From Acidobacteriota bacterium (GTDB lineage Bacteria; Acidobacteriota; Blastocatellia; Pyrinomonadales; Pyrinomonadaceae), in NCBI GenBank assembly GCA_003222945.1, contig QHXM01000063.1, forward strand, positions 186 to 64,185: a stretch of DNA of 64,000 nt, given 5' to 3'. Below the pieces are notes generated by a model, which was not told the DNA's origin, made no database searches, and was given only the letters and a program-made list of their open reading frames with translations. Below are positions 1 through 8,093 of this stretch, piece by piece. Position numbers and translations under genes: made by a program. Within the stretch, counting starts at the first letter, position 1. Each line of letters begins with the position of its first letter.

Positions 1-157
1 AGCCGTCCCACTCTGCGTGCTCAAGCGGCCAGTAGATGCTGGACCACGTTCCAGGATTGTTCACCAGGACCATCCCTGCGATTGTTATCCCGCGAAAGAC
101 ATCCAAAGACAACATGCGCCCGCGCAGGCTGCTCTTAATCACTTCGACTTCTTCCAT
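1..157 (-). CDS. 5' part (window-truncated) of a DUF1624/HGSNAT-like membrane acyltransferase
   Basis: Absent from the ORF track because it runs off the window edge. Minus-strand ATG at 157-155 has GAGGTGG 7 nt upstream. Translation [52 protein letters not shown] fits the LD.FRG...M..VN...W...PL.HA.W.G N-terminal signature I recall for heparan-alpha-glucosaminide N-acetyltransferase-like (DUF1624/DUF5009) proteins. Confidence 0.6.
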   Translation of the reverse strand, partial: MEEVEVIKSSLRGRMLSLDVFRGITIAGMVLVNNPGTWSSIYWPLEHAEWDG

Positions 158-314
158 CCGTCGGCCACCTCAGAATTTGTTTGCGCTCAAAGCCTCTTTT
201 CACTATTGTGTGTGCGCCGCGAGAGAACTATCACGGCGGTGATTCGGTGTCAACAATATTCCTTCATATCGGCGCAGGGAATAAGTTTCTATTAGATGTG
301 AAACGGAAATATTT

Positions 315-422
315 CACCACAGAGGCCACAGAGGGCACAGAAGAATGAATAGGGATTTGAAATCTCAAATTTGAAATCTTTCATTCTCTCTTCCTCTGTG
401 TTCCTCTGTGCCCTCTGTGGTT
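315..422. repeat. CACAGAGG-word palindromic intergenic element, copy 1
   Basis: Left arm CCACAGAGGCCACAGAGGGCACAG pairs with right arm CTGTGCCCTCTGTGG/CCTCTGTG. The centre holds the sub-palindrome GATTTGAAATCTCAAATTTGAAATC. A homologous copy lies at 22471-22579, and both are followed by AATTATCG. Confidence 0.7.
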
Positions 423-463
423 AATTATCGTTCATATATCCTTAACTCTAAAAGGAAAATGCT

Positions 464-1498
464 TTGTCTTTAATGCTACAAGAGATCGCAGAGCAGCCTG
501 CGGCGCTTGAGAAAACAATTCGGGAAGAGCGGGTTAAGGTCTTGCGGCTCGGCGCATTTTTGAAAGAGCGCGATGTTGATCTGATCGTTCTGGTCGCGCG
601 CGGCAGTTCCGACAACGCGGCGCTGTTTGGTCGCTACCTGCTTGAGATAACGACGGGCATTCCTGTCTCGCTCGCAGCGCCTTCTGTTCACACGATCTAC
701 AACGCGAAGATGAAACTCGCGCGCGCACTCGTCATAGGCGTCTCGCAATCCGGCGAAGGCAAGGATATCAACCGCGTGCTTGAGAATGCGCGCGACTGCG
801 GAGCTTGCACGGTTGGAATTACGAACGAGGCCGCGTCTTCGATGACGAAGATTGTTGACGAGACTCTCTTGATGCACGGCGGGCGAGAGCGGTCTGTTGC
901 TGCGACGAAGACCTACACGGGGCAGATGCTTCTCTTTTACATGCTTGCGTCAGCGCTCGCGGACGGCAATGCAGCGCCCGCTTACGAAGCCATACCTGAA
1001 CACGCTGCGCGCTCGCTCGAACAAAGTGAAACGATACGCGCGCTCGTGGAACGCTATGTCTTCATGGAGAACTGCGTGGTCGTAGGGCGAGGGCTTATTT
1101 ACGCAAATGCTTACGAGATGGCCTTGAAGTTGATGGAGACCTGCTACGTCGTCGCAGAGCGTTTCTCTTCGGCGGATTTCCTTCATGGTCCGCTCGCAAT
1201 GGTCGAGCGACATTTCCCGGTCTTTCTCTTTGCACCGCCCGGCGCGATGCTCACGAGCGTCAAGGAATTGATCGAGCGATTGCGCGAGCTTCGCGCGGAC
1301 ACGCTTGTTATAACTTCAGACGAAGAGGCCGCACGCGCCTGCTCGCGAGCAATACAGATGCCCGGCGAGATAGATGAATTCTTAGCGCCGATTCCGTACA
1401 TCATTCCGGGCCAGCTTTTCGCAGCGCTCCTCGCAGATGCTAAAGGTCTTGACCCGGATGCGCCGCGCTCTCTGTCGAAAGTGACGCGCACTCTCTAA
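464..1498 (+). CDS. two-SIS-domain sugar-phosphate isomerase/deaminase (GlmS C-terminal-like, AgaS/NagB-II type)
   Basis: 344-aa ORF with MLQEIAEQP start, GSSDNAA and SQSGEGKD (S-x-S-G-E) SIS motifs, and no glutaminase domain. TTG at 464 or ATG at 473. Confidence 0.75.
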   Translation: MSLMLQEIAEQPAALEKTIREERVKVLRLGAFLKERDVDLIVLVARGSSDNAALFGRYLLEITTGIPVSLAAPSVHTIYNAKMKLARALVIGVSQSGEGKDINRVLENARDCGACTVGITNEAASSMTKIVDETLLMHGGRERSVAATKTYTGQMLLFYMLASALADGNAAPAYEAIPEHAARSLEQSETIRALVERYVFMENCVVVGRGLIYANAYEMALKLMETCYVVAERFSSADFLHGPLAMVERHFPVFLFAPPGAMLTSVKELIERLRELRADTLVITSDEEAARACSRAIQMPGEIDEFLAPIPYIIPGQLFAALLADAKGLDPDAPRSLSKVTRTL

Positions 1499-1503
1499 AA
1501 CGC

Positions 1504-2692
1504 ATGGAGACAGTTTCAGTCGAAAGCGCTCTGCTCGCTAATGAACGTCGCGGGCGATTGCTGCGCGTGCTTGGCGTAGGCTTCGGCCTTGCTGTGACAA
1601 TCGGCGGCGTCATAGGCATGGGCATACTTCGCACGCCCGGCGAAGTTGCTGCGGAATTGCCTCGCACATGGCTCTTCATAGGCGTCTGGCTCGTGGGCGG
1701 GCTTTACGCGCTCTTAGGAACAATCTCCGTCGCAGAGCTTGCGGCTATGATTCCGCGCTCAGGCGGCTTCTCAATGGCATGGAGTCCGCTGGGGCGGTCG
1801 AACGCAGGAGATAACAAGCTCGGTCAAGGCGCTTGCGTTCCTTGCACTCATCGCGGCCTGTTTCATTCTTGGCAACAAGGGCAGCGCGGTCACAAGCAAT
1901 ATTGCTCAATCTGCTTCGACCAACGTTCTCGTCTCGTTTGCGCTCTTTAGTGGAATAATCAAAGCTCTGCAAGGCGTGATCTACACTTACGACGGCTGGT
2001 ACAACCTCATCTACTTCGGCGAAGAGGTGCGCGAGCCTGAGCGCAACATTGCGCGCTCTATGATTGGTAGCGTCATACTGGTCATAGCGATTTACGTTCT
2101 GGTCAATCTAGCGCTGCTCTACGTTCTGCCGCTCTCCGAAATCGCAGGCCAGAAGCTTGCGGTCGGCGCGGCGGCCAATGCAATCTTCGGCGACTACGGC
2201 GGAAAAATCATCGCTGCGCTTGCGACCGTCTCGATGCTGAGCACTGTGAACGCGAACAACCTGATTGCGCCGCGCATACTGTTTGCGATGAGCCGCGACC
2301 GGCTGTTTTCAGAAAGAGCCGTGAAGGTCAATCGAGGCGGCACGCCAACAGTCACTCTGTTTGTTAGCACGCTCGCGGCTGTGCTCTTCATTCTGTTCAG
2401 CCAAAAGCTTGAGAAAGTCTTTGCCGTACTCGCCTTCTTCTTCGTCATCAACTACGGCATCACATTCCTCTCCGTCTTCGTCCTTCGCCGCAGAGAGCCT
2501 GATACCAAGCGCCCCTTTCGCGCGTGGGGCTACCCCTGGACAACCGGCCTGGTCCTCTTAGGCTCAATAGCTTTTTTGATAGGCGCTTTCATGGATGACC
2601 CGCATGACGGCATCTACGTGCTCATACTGCTCGCTGCAAGTTATCCTGCGTTTCTTCTTCTCAGATTGATTCATGGAAAGGCTGAAAAGTAG
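1504..2692 (+). pseudogene. APC-superfamily amino acid permease, interrupted (two ORFs 1504-1950 and 1976-2692)
   Basis: N-terminal frame reads as TM1-TM2 of an APC permease up to AELAAMIPRSGGF (about 1770), then becomes non-membrane junk. A different frame resumes from about 1790 (SSVKALAFLALIAACFIL...IYTYDGWYN...) and carries the remaining TMs to 2692. Roughly two TM segments appear to be missing. Confidence 0.7.
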
Positions 2693-2780
2693 AGGGCATT
2701 CAACTTCGCTAGACAATCGTATTTCAATCTTTTAATCTCGTTGCTTTCATGGAGAAACTATTTCTCCTCTTTCAAGAGTT

Positions 2781-2865
2781 GCCGAGGTGGTGTAATTGGC
2801 AGCCACGCAGGTCTTAGAAGCCTGTGCCGCGAGGCGTGCGGGTTCGAGTCCCGCCCTCGGCACCA
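2781..2865 (+). tRNA. tRNA-Leu (anticodon TAG), type II with long variable arm, CCA encoded
   Basis: Acceptor GCCGAGG/CCTCGGC, anticodon stem CAGGT/GCCTG with loop CTTAGAA, long variable arm, T-arm GCGGG-TTCGAGT-CCCGC, then discriminator A and CCA. Confidence 0.9.
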
Positions 2866-2966
2866 ATAATTTTTCAGCGTTAGAAAAATTGCTCGCATAA
2901 TTTTATTCAAGAAGGGATGCCCGTTCGGCTCATTACAAGCTGCGCCTGAGCGGGCATAAAAATTTT

Positions 2967-4379
2967 ATGAAGACTGAGCTAGTTGATATTTCTCCGACAC
3001 GCAAGGAGATAAAGATTGAGATCGAAGCGGACGCGGTGCGCAAGGCTTACGACCGCATCAGCGACCAGTATGCAAAGCTTGCGACTGTGCCCGGCTTTCG
3101 CAAAGGCCATACGCCGCGCTCCGTAGTTCGCACGCGCTTCAAAGATAAGATTCGCGGCGATGTCTTGCAAGAGCTTGTGCCGCAGGCTGTGCAGGATGCG
3201 ATTGAGAAGCACAGGTTGGAAGCAATCGGCGAGCCTGAGCTTCATCTGGACAACGCGGAGGGTTTGGCAGATAAGCTGGGCACAGAGCCTATCTCTCTAC
3301 ACGTTCACGTTGAGGTTCTGCCCGAAGTTACATTGGGCGAGTACAAGGGATTGGAAGCCGCGCGTCGCGTGCGCCCTGTGATGGACGAGGATGTTGACAG
3401 AGTAATCGAAGACTTGCGCGAAGCGTCCGCAACGCTTGAGCCTGTAGAGGAGCGCGGCGCTGAAGTTGGCGACATCGTGACCGTAAACTTTCATGGTAAG
3501 TTCGTTGAGACGCCGGACGAAGAGGACATAAACATTGACGACGTTGACGTGGAAATTGGTGGTCCGGGCGTGCAGCAGGAGTTCACGGATAATTTGTTAG
3601 GCATGAAGGCTGACGAAGAGAAGACGTTTACGGTTGATTACCCGTCGGATTTCACTTCGAAGGGTTTGGCTGGAAAGAAAGTTGAGTACACGGCGAAGGT
3701 CGTCGCAGTGCGCCGCAAGGAGTTGCCGGAAGTTGATGATGAATGGGCTAAGAGTTTGGGCGAAGAGTTTGAGTCTCTTGCGAACTTGCGCGAGAAGGTG
3801 CGCGAGGATTTAGAGAAGCGCGCCGCTGTGGAATCAGATAATCGTCTTCGCAGCGAGGTGATGCGTAAACTTGTCGAAGCGCATCCGTTTGAAGTGCCTG
3901 ATACTTTACGCGAGCATCAGGCGAATCATCGTCTGGAATCAGCCGTGCGCGATATGATAGGCCGAGGGATTGACCCGCGCGGGCAGGACATAAATTGGGA
4001 AGGCGTGCGCGACTCTCTCAAACAGCAGGCGGACTTCGACGTGCGCGGTTCGCTTCTTCTTGAGAAGATCGCTGATGCGGAAAATATAGAAGTCACGGAT
4101 GAAGAGATTGACGCAGAGATAAACGAGATGGCGGCGAGTTCGCGTCAGACGCCAGAAGCTTTGCGTGCTGCCTTGACAAAGCAGGGAGGCACTACTAGCA
4201 TCGCCGATAGGTTGCGCAATCGCAAAACGCTCGACCTGATTGTTAACAACGCGCGCGTGACGGACCAGGAGTGGCAGGAAGAAACGGAAGAAGAATCGGA
4301 CGCCGCTCAGGAAAACGCCGCAAGCCCGGAACAAGATGAACAACAGAATTCAGAAGTCAGGAATCAGAATTCAGAATGA
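2967..4379 (+). CDS. tig: trigger factor
   Basis: 470 aa. N-terminal ribosome-binding motif GFRKGHTP, a PPIase-like middle, and position directly upstream of clpP-clpX. It has an acidic C-terminal extension whose last 12 codons lie inside the repeat at 4344-4430. Confidence 0.95.
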   Translation: MKTELVDISPTRKEIKIEIEADAVRKAYDRISDQYAKLATVPGFRKGHTPRSVVRTRFKDKIRGDVLQELVPQAVQDAIEKHRLEAIGEPELHLDNAEGLADKLGTEPISLHVHVEVLPEVTLGEYKGLEAARRVRPVMDEDVDRVIEDLREASATLEPVEERGAEVGDIVTVNFHGKFVETPDEEDINIDDVDVEIGGPGVQQEFTDNLLGMKADEEKTFTVDYPSDFTSKGLAGKKVEYTAKVVAVRRKELPEVDDEWAKSLGEEFESLANLREKVREDLEKRAAVESDNRLRSEVMRKLVEAHPFEVPDTLREHQANHRLESAVRDMIGRGIDPRGQDINWEGVRDSLKQQADFDVRGSLLLEKIADAENIEVTDEEIDAEINEMAASSRQTPEALRAALTKQGGTTSIADRLRNRKTLDLIVNNARVTDQEWQEETEEESDAAQENAASPEQDEQQNSEVRNQNSE

Positions 4380-4430
4380 AAAGCCGAAGTCGGTTTCTCT
4401 TTTCTTCTGAATTCTGGATTCTGGATTCTG
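4344..4430. repeat. CAGAAT-word palindromic element (tig-clpP spacer)
   Basis: CAGAATTCAGAAGTCAGGAATCAGAATTCAGAATGA pairs with TTCTGAATTCTGGATTCTGGATTCTG. Small inner hairpin CCGAAGTCGG. Left arm overlaps the tig stop codon. Confidence 0.7.
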
Positions 4431-4449
4431 CCTTTGAGGAGAAGTTCGT

Positions 4450-5034
4450 ATGGCTCTAGTCCCGATGGTCGTTGAGCAAACGTCGCGTGGAGAGCGCGCG
4501 TTCGATATCTACTCTCGGCTCCTGAAAGACAATCTAATCTTCATAGGCACTCCCATTGACGACATGATTGCGAATCTGATCGTCGCTCAGCTTCTCTTCC
4601 TTGAAGCTGAAGACCCTGAGAAGGACATCTGGCTCTACATCAACAGTCCCGGCGGCTCAATCACTGCTGGCATGGCAATCTACGACACTATGCAGTTCAT
4701 ACGCCCGGACGTTGCAACCATCTGCGTGGGCCAGTGCGCTTCTATGGCTGCGCTTCTGCTGACTGCGGGTGCGAAGGGCAAACGCTTTGCGCTTCCGAAT
4801 TCGCGCATACTTATTCATCAGCCTTCGGGCGGCTCGCAGGGCCAGGCCACAGACATACGCATTCAGGCCGAAGAGATAATAAGAATGCGCGAGTTGACCT
4901 CACAGATTATCGCAAAGCACACAGGCCAAACTTACGATAATGTTGAGCGCGACGTGGAACGTGATAAGATCATGTCAGCCGTGCAGGCCAAAGAGTACGG
5001 TCTGATTGACGAAGTGATTACACACCGTGAATAA
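4450..5034 (+). CDS. clpP: ATP-dependent Clp protease proteolytic subunit
   Basis: 194 aa with [26 protein letters not shown] (active Ser) and LIHQP (His) motifs. Confidence 0.97.
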   Translation: MALVPMVVEQTSRGERAFDIYSRLLKDNLIFIGTPIDDMIANLIVAQLLFLEAEDPEKDIWLYINSPGGSITAGMAIYDTMQFIRPDVATICVGQCASMAALLLTAGAKGKRFALPNSRILIHQPSGGSQGQATDIRIQAEEIIRMRELTSQIIAKHTGQTYDNVERDVERDKIMSAVQAKEYGLIDEVITHRE

Positions 5035-5092
5035 GTTTCAAGTTCCAGGTTTCAAGTGAACGCTTGTCTTGGAACTTGAAACTTGAAACTTC
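5035..5092. repeat. GTTTCAAG-word hairpin (clpP 3' end)
   Basis: GTTTCAAGTTCCAGGTTTCAAG ... CTTGGAACTTGAAACTTGAAAC starts one nt after the clpP stop. Same word family as 13685-13758. Confidence 0.7.
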
Positions 5093-5151
5093 TTAAAGCC
5101 ATGCGCTTCAGAACCGGAACAGAATCGCCGCTGACGCTTTTAACTCGCAGG

Positions 5152-5313
5152 ATGAGACACGTGCTCAGATGCTCTTTCTGCGGTAAGTCGGAGCATGAAG
5201 TTAAAAAGCTAGTGGCCGGACCGCGTGTTTACATTTGCGATAGCTGTGTAGAGATTTGCAATCAGGTCATGGCGGACGCTGACACAACAGCCCCCGCGCC
5301 TTCTCCCAAATAA
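5152..5313 (+). CDS. stand-alone ClpX-type C4 zinc-binding domain protein (53 aa; alternative ATG at 5101 gives 70 aa)
   Basis: [42 protein letters not shown]... aligns gap-free to the N-terminus of the downstream ClpX (26/39 identical by eye, CxxC...CxxC retained). It lacks any AAA+ part. The ORF-track TTG start at 5083 lies inside the hairpin and is rejected. Confidence 0.6.
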   Translation: MRHVLRCSFCGKSEHEVKKLVAGPRVYICDSCVEICNQVMADADTTAPAPSPK

Positions 5314-5358
5314 GACGGAAAATTTTTAGACTTTCAACGAAGTTCCCCAAGACCCATT

Positions 5359-6603
5359 ATGGTAAGACGAACCGATGACACCTTGCGCTGCTCCTTCTGC
5401 GGCAAGTCGCAGAATGAAGTTAAAAAACTCATCGCTGGCCCCACCGTCTATATCTGCAACGAGTGCATAGACATCTGCAACGAGATAATCACGGACGACC
5501 AGCAAGCCGAAAGTGTCGCCACGCGCCCGCCTCTTCCAAAGCCCGGCGAGATAAAAAGTTTTCTTGATGAGTACGTCATCGGACAGGAAGAGACGAAGAA
5601 GCGTCTGGCCGTTGCAGTCTATCAACACTACAAGCGAATTGAGATGGCGCGTCGCAGGACCGATGTTGAGATTCAAAAGTCCAACATCCTGCTCATCGGA
5701 CCAACAGGCACGGGCAAGACGCTCCTCGCACAGACGCTCGCGCGAATGCTCTCAGTCCCCTTCACAATCGTTGACGCGACGACTTTGACCGAAGCTGGCT
5801 ACGTAGGCGAGGACGTTGAGAACATCATCCTGAAACTCTTGCAGGCCGCGAACGGCGATGTCGAGCGCGCTCAGCAGGGCATCATCTACATTGACGAGGT
5901 TGACAAGATTTGCCGCAAGGACGAGAACCCTTCGATCACGCGCGACGTTTCGGGCGAGGGCGTGCAGCAGGCTCTCTTGAAAATTCTGGAAGGCACTGTG
6001 GCAAACGTTCCGCCGCAGGGCGGGCGCAAGCATCCGCATCAGGAGTTCTTCCCCGTTGACACGACCAACATTCTATTCATCTGCGGCGGCGCATTCGTCG
6101 GACTCGAAAAGGTTATCGAAAGACGTATGCGCAACAAGTCTATGGGCTTTCACGCGGACATCAAATCCGGCAGGCATCGTCACGCAGAAGCCTTCGCGCA
6201 GGTGCAACCCGAAGACCTTGTGCGCTATGGGCTGATTCCAGAGTTTGTCGGAAGACTTCCCGTCTGCGGCGTTCTGCACGAACTGGACGAAGGCGCGCTC
6301 ATAAAGATTCTGACCGAGCCGAAGAACGCTCTCGTCAAGCAGTATCAGAAAAAATTCGACTTCGACAACGTGAAACTCAAATTCACGGATGACGCCCTCA
6401 AGTGCGTCGCACGCCAGGCCGTAGAACGCAAAGTAGGCGCTCGCGGCCTTATGATGATTCTAGAAGAGCTACTCTTAGACGCCATGTACACCCTGCCATC
6501 GCAGAAGCGCATCAAGGAGTTCGTCATCACCTCCGAGATGGTCGAACGTCGCCACGCCATTCCGGGCGAAGGCTTGACGGGCATTGACGGCGCTGCTGCC
6601 TAA
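5359..6603 (+). CDS. clpX: ATP-dependent Clp protease ATP-binding subunit ClpX
   Basis: 414 aa with N-terminal C4 zinc finger, Walker A GPTGTGKT, Walker [10 protein letters not shown], and sensor/IGF-loop context. Confidence 0.97.
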   Translation: MVRRTDDTLRCSFCGKSQNEVKKLIAGPTVYICNECIDICNEIITDDQQAESVATRPPLPKPGEIKSFLDEYVIGQEETKKRLAVAVYQHYKRIEMARRRTDVEIQKSNILLIGPTGTGKTLLAQTLARMLSVPFTIVDATTLTEAGYVGEDVENIILKLLQAANGDVERAQQGIIYIDEVDKICRKDENPSITRDVSGEGVQQALLKILEGTVANVPPQGGRKHPHQEFFPVDTTNILFICGGAFVGLEKVIERRMRNKSMGFHADIKSGRHRHAEAFAQVQPEDLVRYGLIPEFVGRLPVCGVLHELDEGALIKILTEPKNALVKQYQKKFDFDNVKLKFTDDALKCVARQAVERKVGARGLMMILEELLLDAMYTLPSQKRIKEFVITSEMVERRHAIPGEGLTGIDGAAA

Positions 6604-6660
6604 TAGCGTTTCAAAGTTTCGTGCGTCACGTTTAGGTTGTCCTGTTGAAAGGAAACTCAT

Positions 6661-7347
6661 GTGCGACGGTTCACCGTCCACTATAAAATTCTTCTCGCGC
6701 TCACAGTCACACTCATCTTCGTCGCGTGCAGGGATTCTAGCCGAAGCTCAATAAACAATCAGGCTTCACAACCAATAGCAACACCGCAACCGACACCTCT
6801 CATCATTCCTGTCTCCGATGGGTTTGACTATCCCGTTGGCCGAAAGGGTTATGCTACAGAGGCCAAAGATGGCGATGGCTGGTATGTTGCTCAGGATTTC
6901 GGTGAGAACAATCATCTAGGTGAAGATTGGAATGCAGAGTCGGGCGGCGATACGGATTGCGGCTTGCCCGTGTACACAGCATCGAAAGGGATGCTTGTTT
7001 TTGCCGACGAAGCAGGTGTAGGTTGGGGTAAAGTCATTATCATTCGACATCGCTTGCTGGATGGTACAATCGTTGAGACTTTATACGGGCATTTGCAATC
7101 ATTCGCAAAAACTCTTGGAGAGGTTGGGCGGCGAGAAATAATCGGCAATATAGGAAATGCAAACGGAGATTATCCTTGCCATCTTCATTTTGAGTTGAGA
7201 TTCTCGGATTGTGCGGCCTGGGGATTACCTGGGCCTGGGTACAGTAATAATCGAGCGGGCTGGGCTGACCCCTCAGATTTTATTGACGCCCACCGACCAG
7301 CAGCGGTCAATAGTTCTTCCAAAGTGCGCCGAAAAAAGAATCAATGA
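6661..7347 (+). CDS. M23-family (LytM-type) metallopeptidase, probable lipoprotein
   Basis: GTG start. Signal peptide ending LIFVAC (lipobox-like). M23 motifs HLGEDWN (HxxxD) and HLHFEL (HxH). Confidence 0.8.
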   Translation: MRRFTVHYKILLALTVTLIFVACRDSSRSSINNQASQPIATPQPTPLIIPVSDGFDYPVGRKGYATEAKDGDGWYVAQDFGENNHLGEDWNAESGGDTDCGLPVYTASKGMLVFADEAGVGWGKVIIIRHRLLDGTIVETLYGHLQSFAKTLGEVGRREIIGNIGNANGDYPCHLHFELRFSDCAAWGLPGPGYSNNRAGWADPSDFIDAHRPAAVNSSSKVRRKKNQ

Positions 7348-7456
7348 TTTTAGCTGTACCACTTGGAGTTTTTCGTTTGAGTGAAATCTGATAAGGTTGT
7401 TCCTGTAAAGGCGCAACAGTCACAAGGCTTGTTGACGTAGAAATTCGGAGATAGTC

Positions 7457-7606
7457 ATGGCTAGAAGATTAAAAGATTTGAAAGAACCCAAAATCGAGCG
7501 TCCACCCCGCTTAAAGTTATCTGCCAAAGAATCCTTGAAGCGCACAAAAGAGTTCGATAAGAGAAAGGAGCAGTTCATTGCCACTGTCAGAAAAGGCAAG
7601 AATTGA
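7457..7606 (+). CDS. 49-aa Lys/Arg-rich hypothetical protein
   Basis: Below the ORF-track size cutoff. ATG with GGAG 6 nt upstream; MARRLKDLKEPKIERPPRLKLSAKESLKRTKEFDKRKEQFIATVRKGKN. Overlaps the next ORF by 29 nt. No family recognised. Confidence 0.35.
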   Translation: MARRLKDLKEPKIERPPRLKLSAKESLKRTKEFDKRKEQFIATVRKGKN

Positions 7607-7910
7607 AGTTTATCTTCCTGATTTGCCTCGCGCCGCTTATCAGGATTTGTTGAGCGCATTGACGCAGGAATTCACATACACCTTCGGTGGTTGCACGATC
7701 ATTCGCGGTCTTGATGGCAGTTACCTTTCTCAGTCCGGCTTACCAATTCAAGATCGTATCAATCTGATTTACATGGACACACCATATACCTTCGCGGAGA
7801 ATTTCGATGTTGTCTCGACGTATGCGGATAAGCTCAAGAATGCTGCGTTTGCAGCTTTGGCAGAAGAGGCGATTCTGGTTGTTGTAAGCCAGGTCTTTCA
7901 CGCCGAGTAG
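7578..7910 (+). CDS. 110-aa hypothetical protein
   Basis: TTG start with AAAGGAG 7 nt upstream. No recognisable motif. Sits in a visibly AT-richer stretch between the M23 gene and lon. Confidence 0.5.
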   Translation: MPLSEKARIEVYLPDLPRAAYQDLLSALTQEFTYTFGGCTIIRGLDGSYLSQSGLPIQDRINLIYMDTPYTFAENFDVVSTYADKLKNAAFAALAEEAILVVVSQVFHAE

Positions 7911-8093
7911 TTGTCAATCTAGCGCGGGATTATTCAGACCTCTTCTTAATCTCACTTTTTTCGGAAATTCCCTTTTTACTTTCCCATTCCTATGTTCTAC
8001 AATTAACTTGGTTCACAGAAGGGCGAGACGGCAGCAATCGGCTCGCCCTTATTCACAAGATTTGGTTTCGGTCTATGGTAGAGTTCAAATCGT

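Noticed and set aside
17-295. Plus-strand ORFs 17-295 and 36-242
   Set aside because: The opposite strand encodes a convincing DUF1624/HGSNAT-like N-terminus (1-157) with an RBS, and the plus-strand translations are low-complexity with no motif.
5083-5151. TTG start at 5083 for the ClpX-ZBD mini-ORF
   Set aside because: The codon lies inside the 3' arm of the clpP-terminal hairpin, and the residues added are not homologous to ClpX. The ATG at 5152 (or 5101) is preferred.
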